Position numbers and translations under genes: made by a program
Notes under the pieces: generated by a model
Told to the model about the DNA's origin: nothing
Databases searched by the model: none
What the model saw: the letters and a program-made list of their open reading frames with translations, nothing else
Source: Octopus sinensis
Taxonomy: Eukaryota
NCBI RefSeq assembly: GCF_006345805.1
Contig: NW_021834102.1
Span: 1 to 29,437, forward strand
Direction of reading: 5' to 3'
Length of the DNA: 29,437 bases
Shown: positions 11,285-22,717 of the stretch, piece after piece
How positions within the stretch are numbered: position 1 is the first letter of the stretch
Layout of the letters: each line of letters opens with the position of its first letter

Positions 11285-12055
11285 GACCAAGAAGCATCAT
11301 GGAGGTGGGTCAGCAAAGGTGACTTACAAAAGAAAACAGAAAGCCTAATAATAGCTGCCTAGGATCAGGCATTGAATACCAACTCAGTGAAACAGAATAT
11401 ATACCACACAAGTGCAACGAACCTCTGCAGAATGTGTGGGAAGAGGGTCAAAGCGTGACACATATTGTCAGTGCTTGTGAAAGTATTGCGCAGAAAGAGT
11501 ACAAACGCTGACATAACAAGATAAAAACTTCACTAGCTACTATGCCGGAAGTATGGATACGAAGTAACGGATGCTTGGTACTATCATAAGAGGAAAAAGT
11601 AATGGATGAAAAGGGGAAGGCAAAAATCCTCTGGGTCTTTGACTTCCAGACAGATAAGGTGTTAGAATAGAGAGGGCCGGACATAGTAATTTTTGGGAGG
11701 GGCAAACATGGAGGAGATCAGTATGTTGTCATGAAAGAGACAAGATTGATGAATATGCAGACCTGAGAATTGAGATCGCCAAAATGTGGCAGCTACGAGA
11801 GATGAACATAAAGGTTGTCCTTATTGTCATCGGAGCATTGGGTTCAAGGTGACCCAACCTGAAGAAACATCTGGAAACTTTAGAAGGACCTTATATTCTA
11901 GGTGTATTGCAAAAATCGGCGTAAGTTGGAACTGCACGAATATTACGTAAATTATTGTCTGTCTGAGATTCTTGTTGACATCCAGTACAAACCCCCGGTA
12001 CACACAATATCTTCAATCAACACCACGATAATGGATACTGTGCAATGTCTTATAT
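11285..12055 (+). mobile_element. 5'-truncated R4/Dong-type non-LTR retrotransposon (zinc knuckle plus restriction-like endonuclease) ending in (TAA)n
   Basis: Degenerate translation: TESLIIAA*DQALNTN, CRMCG...SVTHIVSAC, ILWVFDFQTDKVLE..PDIVI, YADLRIEIAKMW...VVLIVIGALG. Followed by (TAA)n at 12055-12300. Confidence 0.85.
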
Positions 12056-12068
12056 AATAATAAAAATG

Positions 12069-12110
<42 letters not shown>

Positions 12111-12212
12111 GTAATAGTAATAGTAATAATAATAGTAATAGTAATAATAATAATAATAATAATGATAATAATAATAATAATAATAATAATATCAATATTA
12201 ATAATAATAATA

Positions 12213-12281
<69 letters not shown>

Positions 12282-12300
12282 TAATAATAATAATAATAAA

Positions 12301-12796
12301 TGCCCTGTTGCCGTACCAGGCAGTGGCTCTCATGGCTTCTGATATTAACTGATTGGAAGTGTTATCATGTACATTGTTTTGTCTTGGTATAAAAGATGGG
12401 CTACAGCAAATATTCTGCTCAATACCACAGATTTGCTTGTCAGTTGTTTGATCACGAGAATTAGTGGGGGAGTATCATAGCCATTTGTTGAAAGGAATTC
12501 TTAGAGGTTTGGATAATTCACCTTTGGAAACATGGGTGTTTCGTTCAACAGCCTTAAACAACCCTTATTCAGGGACCTTTTGAACTGGATGGGCTACTCG
12601 ACCAGAAGAAAATTCTAACTGGGCTCCACCTGCAAGGTCATGTGCTGTTTGATATGAGATCACCATGTCGCGCACATATGGTTGTGATGCATGTGCCTGG
12701 TGTACCCTTATTAGACGGGTAGTCATGATGGGTATACTGGGCTTCATATATTTTACCCCAGCATCACTTTGATGGCATGCACTGCTCTCTCGCTCA
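12301..12796 (+). mobile_element. Second copy of the (TAA)n-embedded non-autonomous element (internal ~50-bp deletion)
   Basis: Aligns to 7546-8075 and extends about 25 nt further at the left end. TAA tracts on both sides. Confidence 0.8.
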
Positions 12797-12841
12797 ATAA
12801 TAATAATAATAATAATAATACTACTAATAATAATAATAATA

Positions 12842-12903
<62 letters not shown>

Positions 12904-12986
12904 TATTACTATTATTATTATTATTACTATTATCATTATTACTATTATTATTATTATTATTACTATTATCATTATTATTACTATTA

Positions 12987-13020
<34 letters not shown>

Positions 13021-13022
<2 letters not shown>

Positions 13023-13437
13023 TATGTTTGACTTTTGCTTTACATTTGTACAAGTTGGCTCCAAGTCTCACCCAGAGACCTCAAGAGACAACAGGGTTGG
13101 AAGTTCATGTTGTTGTTATGCCTAGTGTGCCATATATTTGGGGGGTGGGGATGTTGTACTAATGAATGTCTAAAAAAAAAAGGTTTTTTTTTTTTTTTTT
13201 TTTAAACCGAAAATTATGTTTGTTTTAAACCTTGAGATTACATAGAGAGTATTTTGCGTAGGATATGAGCAGTTCTCATGAGCACTATCTTTTGAACTTC
13301 TGCCATTTTTGGGTTTCCTGGTATCTGAGTTAGGTAGCTATCAGCCCCTTTTGCTATCATTCCCAGGGCACCTATGACAACAGGTATTGTTTTAGTCTTC
13401 AGCTTCCACATTTTGCTGATTTCTATTTCAAGATCTT
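13021..13437 (-). mobile_element. 5'-truncated R4/Dong-type element (endonuclease C-terminus plus 3'UTR) inside (TAA)n
   Basis: Minus strand reads DLEIEISKMWKLKTKTIPVVIGALGMIAKG...QKIVLMRTAHILRKILSM*. (TTA)n on both flanks. Confidence 0.85.
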
Positions 13438-13463
13438 TATTATTATTATTATTACTATTATTA

Positions 13464-13499
<36 letters not shown>

Positions 13500-13546
13500 T
13501 ATTATTATTATTATTACTATTATTATTATTATTATTATTACTATTA

Positions 13547-13623
<77 letters not shown>

Positions 13624-13625
<2 letters not shown>

Positions 13626-13880
13626 GCTGTTGCTTTGATGAGATATGAGGCAGGAACAGTATCTTGGAAGAAGCATGAATTACAAGAGCTAGACCGTAGA
13701 ACAGTAAATTAATGACAATGAACAAGGAACTACACCCCAAGAGTGATATGTCAAAATTGTATGTAAAGAGGAGGAATAAAGAAATAAAAGAGAGAAATAA
13801 AGAAATAGTATGTAAAGAGGAGGGAGGGAGGACGGGGATTAGTGTATTGTGAAGGTTGTGTTAGGGAAGAGGAGAATAGA
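13624..13880 (+). mobile_element. R4/Dong-type post-RT fragment
   Basis: AVALMRYEAGTVSWKKHELQELDRRT...LHPKSDMSKLYVKR...EGGRGL motif, with a frameshift. Confidence 0.75.
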
Positions 13881-13884
13881 TCTA

Positions 13885-14670
13885 ACCCAGTACGAAACTG
13901 GTACTTAATTTATCGAACCCCGGAAGGATGAAAGGCAAAGTCGACTTCGGCGGAATTTGAACTCAGAACGTAAAGACAGACGAAATACTGCAAGCATTTT
14001 TGCATTGTTTGATGAATTTTAAAGAGACGAGCTGGCAAAATCGTTAGCACGTTGTACAAAATGCTTAGAAGAGTATCTTTCAGTGCTCTACGTTTTGAGT
14101 TCGAATTCTGCCGAGGTTTTCCTTGATTCACGTCCCTTAGGTGCCGATAAAATAAGAACCACTCGAGCCCTGGAGTTGGTTTAAACGTCTAGAGCTAACA
14201 AAATTTCTGGCCTTGTGCCAAATTGAAACTAAAATCTTTTCTACTCTAGGTACAAGGCCCGAAATTTTTGGAGAGCGGGGGGGGAGCAGTCGATTAGATC
14301 GACCCCAGTACGCAACTGGTACTTAATTTGTCGAACAACGAAAGGATGAAAGGTAAAGTCGACCTCGGCGAAATTTGAACTCAGAACATAAAGACAGACG
14401 AAATACCTATTTCTTTACTACCCACAAGGGGCTAAACACAGAGAGGATAAACAAGGACAGACAAACGGATTAAGTCGATTATATCGACCCCAGTGCGTAA
14501 CTGGTACTTATTTAATCGACCCCGAAAGGATGAAAGGCAAAGTCGACCTCGATGAGATTCGAACTCAGAACGTAGTGGCAGACGAAATACTGCTAAGCCT
14601 TTCGCCCGGCGTGCTAACTCTCATACTTCATACTCATAGCGTGCAAAGGCGCGCCAGCACGCCGCCTTTA
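13885..14670. mobile_element. Cluster of SINE family B copies (minus ~13885-14000, plus ~14025-14215, minus ~14237-14670)
   Basis: Shared family B core and head sequences. Confidence 0.8.
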
Positions 14671-14930
14671 AAACTATAGTCTTAACGAAGTTATGGGTAT
14701 AAATAACATCTGTTTATCGTTCCATGAAAGAAAATCTGTTGCCCAATTCTTGAATATAAGCGAGGGAGACTTGCAAAAAGTTTAAAATTCTCTTAGCAAT
14801 TAATAAATTATGAAACTGAGAAACAATTTTTAAAAATTCAAAATATCTCGAAGCGATTTCTAGTGGTTTGTGCAGTTATGCAAATAGTTAGACAAATAGG
14901 TGATCAGACAAGAAAAACGACAGGCAAAAA

Positions 14931-15468
14931 CAGGGTTAACGAAAAGTAATTCCCTATTTTAAAATACTTATAAATTATTTATTTTTTGTAATTTTTTTCT
15001 TACATTTTTGCGTTTGTTTTTTGAAGTATGAGAGTTCAATCTGTAATCGTGTTGCTCTTGTCGTGCGTGAATGGGTGAATGACCACTCCCCCAGGAGATG
15101 GATGGGTCATCATGGTCCACATGAGTGGCCAACCAGGAGTCCCGACTTAACGCCTTATGACTTCTTTTTTTCGGGTTGGTTAAAGGAACGAGTCTACAGT
15201 ACCAAACAAAAGGCTTTGGAAGAATTTGAAGGAAGAATACAAAAAGTCAAATCATGTTTCCCACAAGAGTTTCTGACGAGGTCAGCTTACACAATTCCTG
15301 GGCAACTCAAGACGTTGGTGGCGACATCTGGAGTCCGCATCGAACCTTAAATAAAACCTCATACTAGAAACTTTCCTCTCATATCTAATTTTTTTTTGGT
15401 AAAAATTACAATCAATAATTCATTTATAAGTATTTTAAAATAGGGAAAGTAACTTTTCAATCACTCTG
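14931..15468 (+). mobile_element. Internally deleted Tc1/mariner DNA transposon
   Basis: Imperfect ~45-bp terminal inverted repeats (CAGGGTTAACGAAAAGTAATTCCCTATTTTAAAATACTTATAAAT and its reverse complement at 15422-15468). Transposase C-terminus WPTRSPDLTPYDFFFSGWLKERVY. TA at the right end. Confidence 0.88.
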
Positions 15469-15545
15469 TAGTTAGACAGAAAGACCTCTATAAAGAGATT
15501 AGGTGTATGGGTGGATTACAAACAGAATATTAGTATGTTACTTAC

Positions 15546-15621
15546 CCGCTTGTGGAAAAAATTGTAAGACGAACAGGAACACTGCACTGAATATAAATAT
15601 TCTTGGCCTGGAGATCGCCAT
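15546..15621 (-). CDS. nAChR-like subunit gene 1, coding exon 1 (signal peptide MAISRPRIFIFSAVFLFVLQFFPQA)
   Basis: ATG in aataATGG context. Basic N-region followed by a hydrophobic core. Donor G|GTAAGT at 15545; the 76-nt exon ends in phase 1, matching the next exon (G+TT = Val). Absent from the ORF track because it is short. Confidence 0.85.
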
Positions 15622-15720
15622 TATTGGACAGCTCTCTTTGATGTAATGTCCAGAAGAGCTCGCAAAACAATGTCTCAATACAACAAGCAAATCTCTATGA
15701 ACACCGCGTATAAAATGAAG

Positions 15721-15721
<1 letters not shown>

Positions 15722-15815
<94 letters not shown>

Positions 15816-15832
15816 GAATAGATAGATAGATA
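15722..15832. repeat. (GATA)n microsatellite about 100 nt upstream of the gene 1 ATG
   Basis: Directly visible. Confidence 0.97.
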
Positions 15833-16067
15833 CTTGAGTGAGTAAGAAGAGAAATTAGTATATTGCAGATTAGTATATTGCAATGTTTTCCGAATGATAT
15901 ATTGTCCTAATAATCCATTTGTACTTAATTGTTTTATATTTTCATATCATAATTATGTCGGTTTATAATGGTGATGACGTTCTTGGATGTTGTTTTGGTA
16001 ACACTGCGTGGTATGGTCTCTTGTATTCCTGTGGCAGTTGCGCTCTCATGTGTCGATCCCGAGTTCT

Positions 16068-16104
16068 GCAATGCTAAAATGCAGGAACCGCGGTATTTAT
16101 ATAT
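16068..16104 (-). promoter_or_regulatory. Candidate TATA box plus initiator-like element for gene 1
   Basis: Minus strand TATATAAATA (16103-16094) in non-repetitive sequence, with GCATT about 30 nt downstream (A at 16072), about 450 nt upstream of the ATG. Supported by motif and spacing only. Confidence 0.3.
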
Positions 16105-16163
16105 GGTGTGGTCGTCAACAATTTCTTGTGCATGTGTGTGTGTTTTAACAAACTACAACCTCA

Positions 16164-16199
<36 letters not shown>

Positions 16200-16748
16200 G
16201 ATGTTTTTACTAGCGTTAGTGTAGCAGAAACTCACTGTTATTACTGTTACTAATGATTATAAGATTAATGTTACCGAACTTGTCAGCTTGAAATTTGAGT
16301 GCGGCTTGCATGAATTAAAGCAAAATCTAATAATATTTGATAAAAATAACAACCGCCACTGCAGTAAAAACAGAAGGAAATGGAATGGAAGAAATGTAGG
16401 AGAGAGAGAGAGAGAGAAAAGCCTAAAGAGAGTGAAAGGTCTAGAGAGAGAGTGAAAGAGAAAGAGGATTCCTGTATGTCAGTGGACTGTTGGCAGTGAA
16501 TTCCGTGTCTTCCATAGAGAGGTGGGGGCAGCCGCAAGCCTGGAGGGGGATGGATTGAGTGGGGAAAAGGGGCGGGAAAATCGCTATGTTTGATAATATT
16601 TAACTGGTTTTAGACTTTTTTTTTTTACCCCCTACTCCGAAAACTGGTGAACACAGATAAAAAATAAAAGGAAATTTATTTCGCAAATATTTGGGGTAAG
16701 GGTAAATATTAAGGAATTTCTGGGTTGTTTCTATATGAAATATGTTCT

Positions 16749-16798
<50 letters not shown>

Positions 16799-16823
16799 CG
16801 TATATGTGTAAATTGTCTATGCA

Positions 16824-16880
<57 letters not shown>

Positions 16881-16885
16881 GTCTG

Positions 16886-16928
<43 letters not shown>

Positions 16929-16929
16929 G

Positions 16930-16980
<51 letters not shown>

Positions 16981-17154
16981 GTCTATCTATCTATCTATCT
17001 ATTTATCTATCTACCCTATATATAATATATATATATATATAATCTATATATATATATAATATATATATATTATACTATATATACATATATATACATATAT
17101 ATACATATATAATATATTATATATATATCCATACATATATATATACATATATAT

Positions 17155-17209
<55 letters not shown>

Positions 17210-17210
17210 T
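16749..17210. repeat. (CT)n, (TATC)n and (TA)n microsatellite block
   Basis: Directly visible. Confidence 0.96.
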
Positions 17211-17331
17211 GGGTCATCTCCTATATTTTTCAAAATTAAGATAAATAAATTCTTTTTTTAATCTAAAATATACTATCCTTCATTTTCTACAATGCTCTTC
17301 CATTTATTTGGTAGACATGCAAGGGCTCTCT
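17208..17331 (-). mobile_element. Mariner 3' end fragment
   Basis: Minus strand LACLPNKWKSIVENEG resembles the mariner transposase C-terminus (LxxRWxxxxxxxGxY). TATTGGGTC terminus. Confidence 0.5.
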
Positions 17332-17873
17332 TGACAAGCGATGTTGGTCTGTTTACGTCCCCGTAACTTAGCGCTTCGGCATAAGAGACGAATAGAATAA
17401 GTACTAGGCTTACAAAAAAAAAGTTCTGGGGTCGATTTGCTTGACCAAAAGGCGGTGCTCCAGCATAGCCGCAGTCAAATGACTGAAACAAGTAAAAGAG
17501 TAAAAGACACACATATATAAATATGTACGTATAAATCTGTATATCTATGTACGCATATGTATATATTTTCATTACTATATATATCTATGTATGTATGTGT
17601 GTATGGATGTATGTGTGCGTGCGTGTGTGTTTGAGTTTATGTGAGTGCGTTTATGGTCATTGGTGTGTTATTACTATTCTGTTTCGCACTTTTAATATGT
17701 GTATATATACTCATATAATATATTGAAACTGTATTTAGAAATCTAGATATAGCTAGCTTGGTGAGTTACTAGATGGATAGCTAAAAACATATACATAAAT
17801 GTACATACACACGTACACGCAAGCACTTTAAACACAACACAGACACACACACAAACCGACACCCACCCACACC

Positions 17874-17934
<61 letters not shown>

Positions 17935-17939
17935 ATATT

Positions 17940-18226
17940 AACAATTGCAGCGTGGATGGTGTTTGTAAGCGATTTAAGAAACACACAAAAGCCGTTCGAT
18001 TCACTTCAACATTTAATTTAATTGTCAAAATATTTTCGTCGCTTTGAGACCGCGACCTGTTCACTGACAAAAATCCGTGCTGCATCTCGGATTTTTGTCA
18101 GTGAACAGGTCGCGGTTTATAGCGACCAAAATATTTTGACAAATTAAACTTAAAGTTGTGAAGTGAATCGAACGGCTTTTGTGTGTTTCTTAAATGGCTT
18201 ACAAACACCTCCACGCTGCAATTGTT
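17940..18226. repeat. Long inverted repeat / foldback element (~138-bp arms, 10-nt loop at 18078-18087)
   Basis: AACAATTGCAGCGTGGA...GACAAAAATCCG tgctgcatct CGGATTTTTGTC...TCCACGCTGCAATTGTT. Sits between (TA)n tracts. Confidence 0.92.
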
Positions 18227-18309
18227 TTCGTTCCAGCCACGATCTCAGATCAAATCACTTGCTATGCAAGTACATCTCCGTAAATATATATAATATAATA
18301 TATATATAT

Positions 18310-18342
<33 letters not shown>

Positions 18343-18664
18343 ATATATATATATATAAAATATATTAATATTACATAAATATTTATTAACCATCCAGCCA
18401 TTACTCAGCTGTCTGTTTATCTATTTAACGGGTGTGGCTATGCGGTAAGAAGCACATGGTTCCGGGTTCAGTTCCCCTTCGTGACCATTGACACGCTCAC
18501 ACAAATACATACATAGATATATAGTTATGCAAATACATACATATGCGTACATGCATATACAGATTTATACGTTTCACCTAGGGCAAGTGTCTTCTACTAT
18601 AGCCTCGGGACGATCAAAGCTTTATGAGTGGATTTAGGAGACGGAAACTGAAAGAAAATCGTCA

Positions 18665-18707
<43 letters not shown>

Positions 18708-18711
<4 letters not shown>

Positions 18712-19003
18712 CGTGATCACCGTGACCGACCAGGCTATCAGATGCTGCTACACATCGCTGGACACAATGCTCTTCGCATTGTTTTAGCCTCCACATGATG
18801 CCACCCCGCTGGGTAAGCGCGCAGGCCAACAGAAAAAAGAGTAAGAGAAAGTTGTGGCGAAAGAGTACAGCAGGGATCGCCCCCCACCCCTGCCGGAGCC
18901 TAGTGGAAGTTTTAGGCGTTTTCGCTCAATAAACACTCACAACGCTCGGTCTGGGAATCGAAACCGCGAGTCCACTGCCCCAACCACTGGGCCATTGCGC
19001 CTC
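18708..19003 (-). mobile_element. SINE family A' (family A head, different tail)
   Basis: The head matches 4110-4280, with a small deletion. The tail matches 9797-9916. Confidence 0.8.
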
Positions 19004-19006
19004 ACA

Positions 19007-19050
<44 letters not shown>

Positions 19051-19084
19051 TATATATATACACACATATACATATACAAATAAA

Positions 19085-20510
19085 GCGGCGAGCTGGCAGA
19101 ATCGTTGGCACGCCGGGCGAAATGCTTAGCGGTATTTCGTCTACCGCTACGTTCTGAGTTCAAATTCCGCCGAGGTCGACTTTGCCTTTCATCCTTTCGG
19201 GGTCGATTAAATAAGTATCAGTACGCACAGGGGTCGATATAATCGACTTAATCCGTTTGGCTGTCCTGTTTGTCCTCTCGTGTTTTAGCCCTTGTGGGTA
19301 GTAAAGAAATAGGTATTTCGTCTACCGCTACGTTCTGAGTTCAAAATTCCGCCGAGGTCGACTTGCCTTTCATCCTTCGGGGTCGATTAAATAGTATCAG
19401 TTACGCACAGGGGTCGATATAATCGACTTAATCCGTTTGTCTGTCCTTGTTTGTACTCTCTGTTTAGCCCCTTGGGGTTAGTAAAGAAATAGGTATTTCG
19501 TTTACCGCTACGTTCTGAGTTCAAATTCCGCCGAGGTCGACTTTGCTTTCATCCTTTCGGGGTCGATTAAATAAGTATCAGTTACGCACAGTGGTCGATA
19601 TAATCGACTTAATCCGTGTCTGTCCTTGTTTGTCCTCTCTGGTTTAGCCCCTTGTGGGTAGTAAAGAATAGGTATTTCGTCTACCGCTACGTTCTGAGTT
19701 CAAATTCCGCCGAGGTCGACTTTGCCTTTCATCCTTTCGGGTCGATTAAATAAGTATCAGTTACGCACAGGGTCGATATAATCGACTTAATCCGTTTGTC
19801 TGTCCTTGTTTGTCCTCTCTGTGTTAGCCCATGGGTGTAGTAAAGAAATAGGTATTTCGTCTACCGCTACGTTCTGAGTTCAATTCCGCCGAGGTCGACT
19901 TTGCCTTTCATCCTTTCGGGGTCGATTAAATAAGTATCAGTTACGCACAGGGGTCGATATAATCGACTTAATCCGTTTGTCTGTCCTTGTTTGTCCTCTC
20001 TGTGTTTAGCCCCTTGTGGGTAGTAAAGAAATAGGTATTTCGTCTACCGCTACGTTCTGAGTTCAAATTCCGCCGAGGTCGACTTTGCCTTTCATCCTTT
20101 CGGGGTCGATTAAATAAGTATCAGTTACGCACAGGGGTCGATATAATCGACTTAATCCGTTTGTCTGTCCTTGTTTGTCCTCTCTGTGTTTAGCCCCTTG
20201 TGGGTAGTAAAGAAATAGGTATTTCGTCTACCGCTACGTTCTGAGTTCAAATTCCGCCGAGGTCGACTTTGCCTTTCATCCTTTCGGGGTCGATTAAATA
20301 AGTATCAGTTACGCACAGGGGTCGATATAATCGACTTAATCCGTTTGTCTGTCCTTGTTTGTCCTCTCTGTGTTTAGCCCCTTGTGGGTAGTAAAGAAAT
20401 AGGTATTTCGTCTGTCTTTACGTTCTGAGTTCAAGTTTCGCCGAGGTCGACTTTACTTTTCATCCTTTCGGTGTCGATAAATTAAATACCAGTTGCGTAA
20501 TGGGGTCAAC
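19085..20510 (+). repeat. SINE family B head followed by a tandem array of a ~184-bp internal unit (7 full units plus 1 partial)
   Basis: Unit starts (GGTATTTCGT) at 19131, 19312, 19492, 19671, 19851, 20034, 20218 and 20402. Confidence 0.95.
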
Positions 20511-21159
20511 ATATCTAGATAGATAGCCAGACAGACAAGACAGAGAGGCAGACAGACAGACGGGCGAACGGACGGATGAATGAATGCATGGATTGTGGGG
20601 GAGCACCCTATGTTTATTCGTTTGTGATTAGTTTACTTTTTTTTATGACCTCCTTTAAGCGGTTCCACAAAAGTAGGTCGAAACATTACGGAACAAACTA
20701 AAATATGTTCCTGAGGTCAGGTGGTTATGTTTTCGCAGATGGATGTGTGTACATAATATATACATATATATATATGTCATCCTGGGGAATGCTTTAACGC
20801 TCGTCTCTGAAATCAAACACGTTGCAATAAACACAGTGGTTGAGGGATGATAACATAGTGAATGGTGGAGACTACGTGCGTGATGGGAAAGTTGGGGTGA
20901 GGGAGATGAAGAGGTGGCTGATGAGAGAAAGAGGGTAGTTGAAGCTGAAATGATGAGGATAGCTTTCAAGGATCGGGATGATGCGGGGGTAGTGGAAGCT
21001 GAAGACGTCAAGAAGAGAGCGACAGAAAATAAAATGGAGTAGTTTGTACTTCAAGGAATTCTATATCTTTTTAATGCCGGTTTGTTTTCTGTTATCTAGG
21101 TAAATTTTGCGAATCCAGATTCGACCTTCAATGCCAATATGAAAATGATGGGAAAAAGG

Positions 21160-21470
21160 CATAGGCGCAGGCGTGGCTATGTGGTAAGATGCTTGCTTCC
21201 TAACCATATCGTTCCCAGTTCAATCCCACTTGTTGATACTTCGGGCAACTGTCTTCTAGTATAGCCTCGGGCCGACCACAACCTTGTGGGTGAAATACAT
21301 ATGCATATATGTGTGTGTGTGTATCTTTGTGTCTGTGTTTGTCTCCCACCACAGCTTGACAACCGGTGTCGGTGTGCTTACGTCCCCGTGACTTAGCGGT
21401 GTAGCAAAAGAGAGGCTAATAGAATAAGTACCAGGTTTAAGAAATTAAGTTGACGTCGATTTGTTTGACT
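21160..21470 (+). mobile_element. SINE family C-related copy
   Basis: Shares head and body with 9398-9782. Confidence 0.8.
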
Positions 21471-21543
21471 AAAACTATTCAATAAAAATTAAATCAATTC
21501 ATGAAAGGGTGTTGCTTTCACAACGATAATGCTCTTCTCAGTA

Positions 21544-21598
<55 letters not shown>

Positions 21599-21802
21599 AG
21601 GATAATGATTTAAAAGAGTGACTGAAATATAGGTCATTGAAGAAGTTCAAGCCAAATCCATATCTCCTTTTGAACATGAAACTTGAGTTGCTGTCAGAAA
21701 CCTCCTTAGTTGCTGTGTATAAAGAATAATCATCAATCTCAAAATTGCAGAATTATTTCAATCATTGCAACCAACAACAAAAGTGTATATATATATATAT
21801 TT

Positions 21803-22208
21803 ATTCTTTTATTCTTTTACTTGTTTCAGTCATTTGACTGCAGCCATGCTGGAGCACCGACATTAGTCGAACAAATCGACCCCAGTTCTTATTGTTATTA
21901 AAGTGTTTTACTCGAGCAAATAGAACTCGGGACTTCTTTGTAAGCACTAGTACTTATTCTATCGGTCAGTTATGCCGTACCGCTAAGTTACGGGGACGTA
22001 AACACGCCCACATAGGTTGTCAAGCGATGGTGGGGGACAAACACAAATGCACACACACACACACACACATACATAAATATACATACGACAGGCTTCTTTT
22101 CAGTTTCCATCAACCAAATCCACTTCCAAGTCTTTAGTCGGCCCAAGGCTATGGTACAAGACACTTGCCCAAGGTGCTACGCAGTGGGACTGAACCTGGA
22201 ACCATGTG
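21803..22208 (-). mobile_element. SINE family C
   Basis: Aligns to 1462-1850. Confidence 0.85.
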
Positions 22209-22409
22209 ATCACTTCTTTGGATCGCTCATACATCTGTTAGGAGTTCATCGATTTGCTACGGCGGAAGAAGTGTAGGAAGCGATGCATAAATAATGCGCG
22301 ATCAACCATAAACTTTTTTCAATGGAATAAGGGAGCTTGTGGACCGCTGGAAGAGTTGCATCGCAAAGCATGGAAACTATGTCGAAAATGTTCAACTCCT
22401 GCTTTTGTT

Positions 22410-22690
22410 TAAAAGGGTAAAGATCCCCTTCGGTTATAAATGACCATGAGATTGCACCTATAAAGTTACCCTTCTAAGTACAGTTCCGCGCAAGGTTGTT
22501 TGTGGAAGACCAGCAGCCACCCATGCATACCAGCAGTCACCCATGCATACCAGCCCGTCCTCACCACGTCACTGATGTTGTCCAAGAGAAAGGTAAAAGC
22601 TGATACGTCGCAACTCATTTCTACAGCTGGGAACCGAACTCACTACCTCATAATTGTGAGCCCAACGCCCTAACCACTGAGTCATGCGCA
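22410..22690 (-). mobile_element. Probable fourth tRNA-derived SINE family (degenerate, internally deleted)
   Basis: Minus strand GCGCATGACTCAGTGGTTAGGGCG (A box) ... GAGTTCGGTTCCC (B box). Single copy in the window. Confidence 0.55.
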
Positions 22691-22717
22691 TAGGTTTTGG
22701 CATACCCTTGTATATTC

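Noticed and set aside
12013-13740. Long poly-I/L/Y/N ORFs, and similar poly-M/V, YI, HT and CV ORFs elsewhere
   Set aside because: They are translations of microsatellites.
15021-15350. Functional transposase gene
   Set aside because: Only the C-terminal catalytic fragment remains. The DNA-binding domain and the first catalytic residues are deleted.
19131-19900. Length variation (179-183 bp) among the first array units as real divergence
   Set aside because: The differences are scattered 1-2 nt indels, often in homopolymers, typical of uncorrected long-read error.
19131-20510. CRISPR-like regularly spaced repeats
   Set aside because: Whole ~184-bp units repeat with no unique spacers, the unit is SINE-derived and dispersed elsewhere, and the context is eukaryotic with no cas genes.
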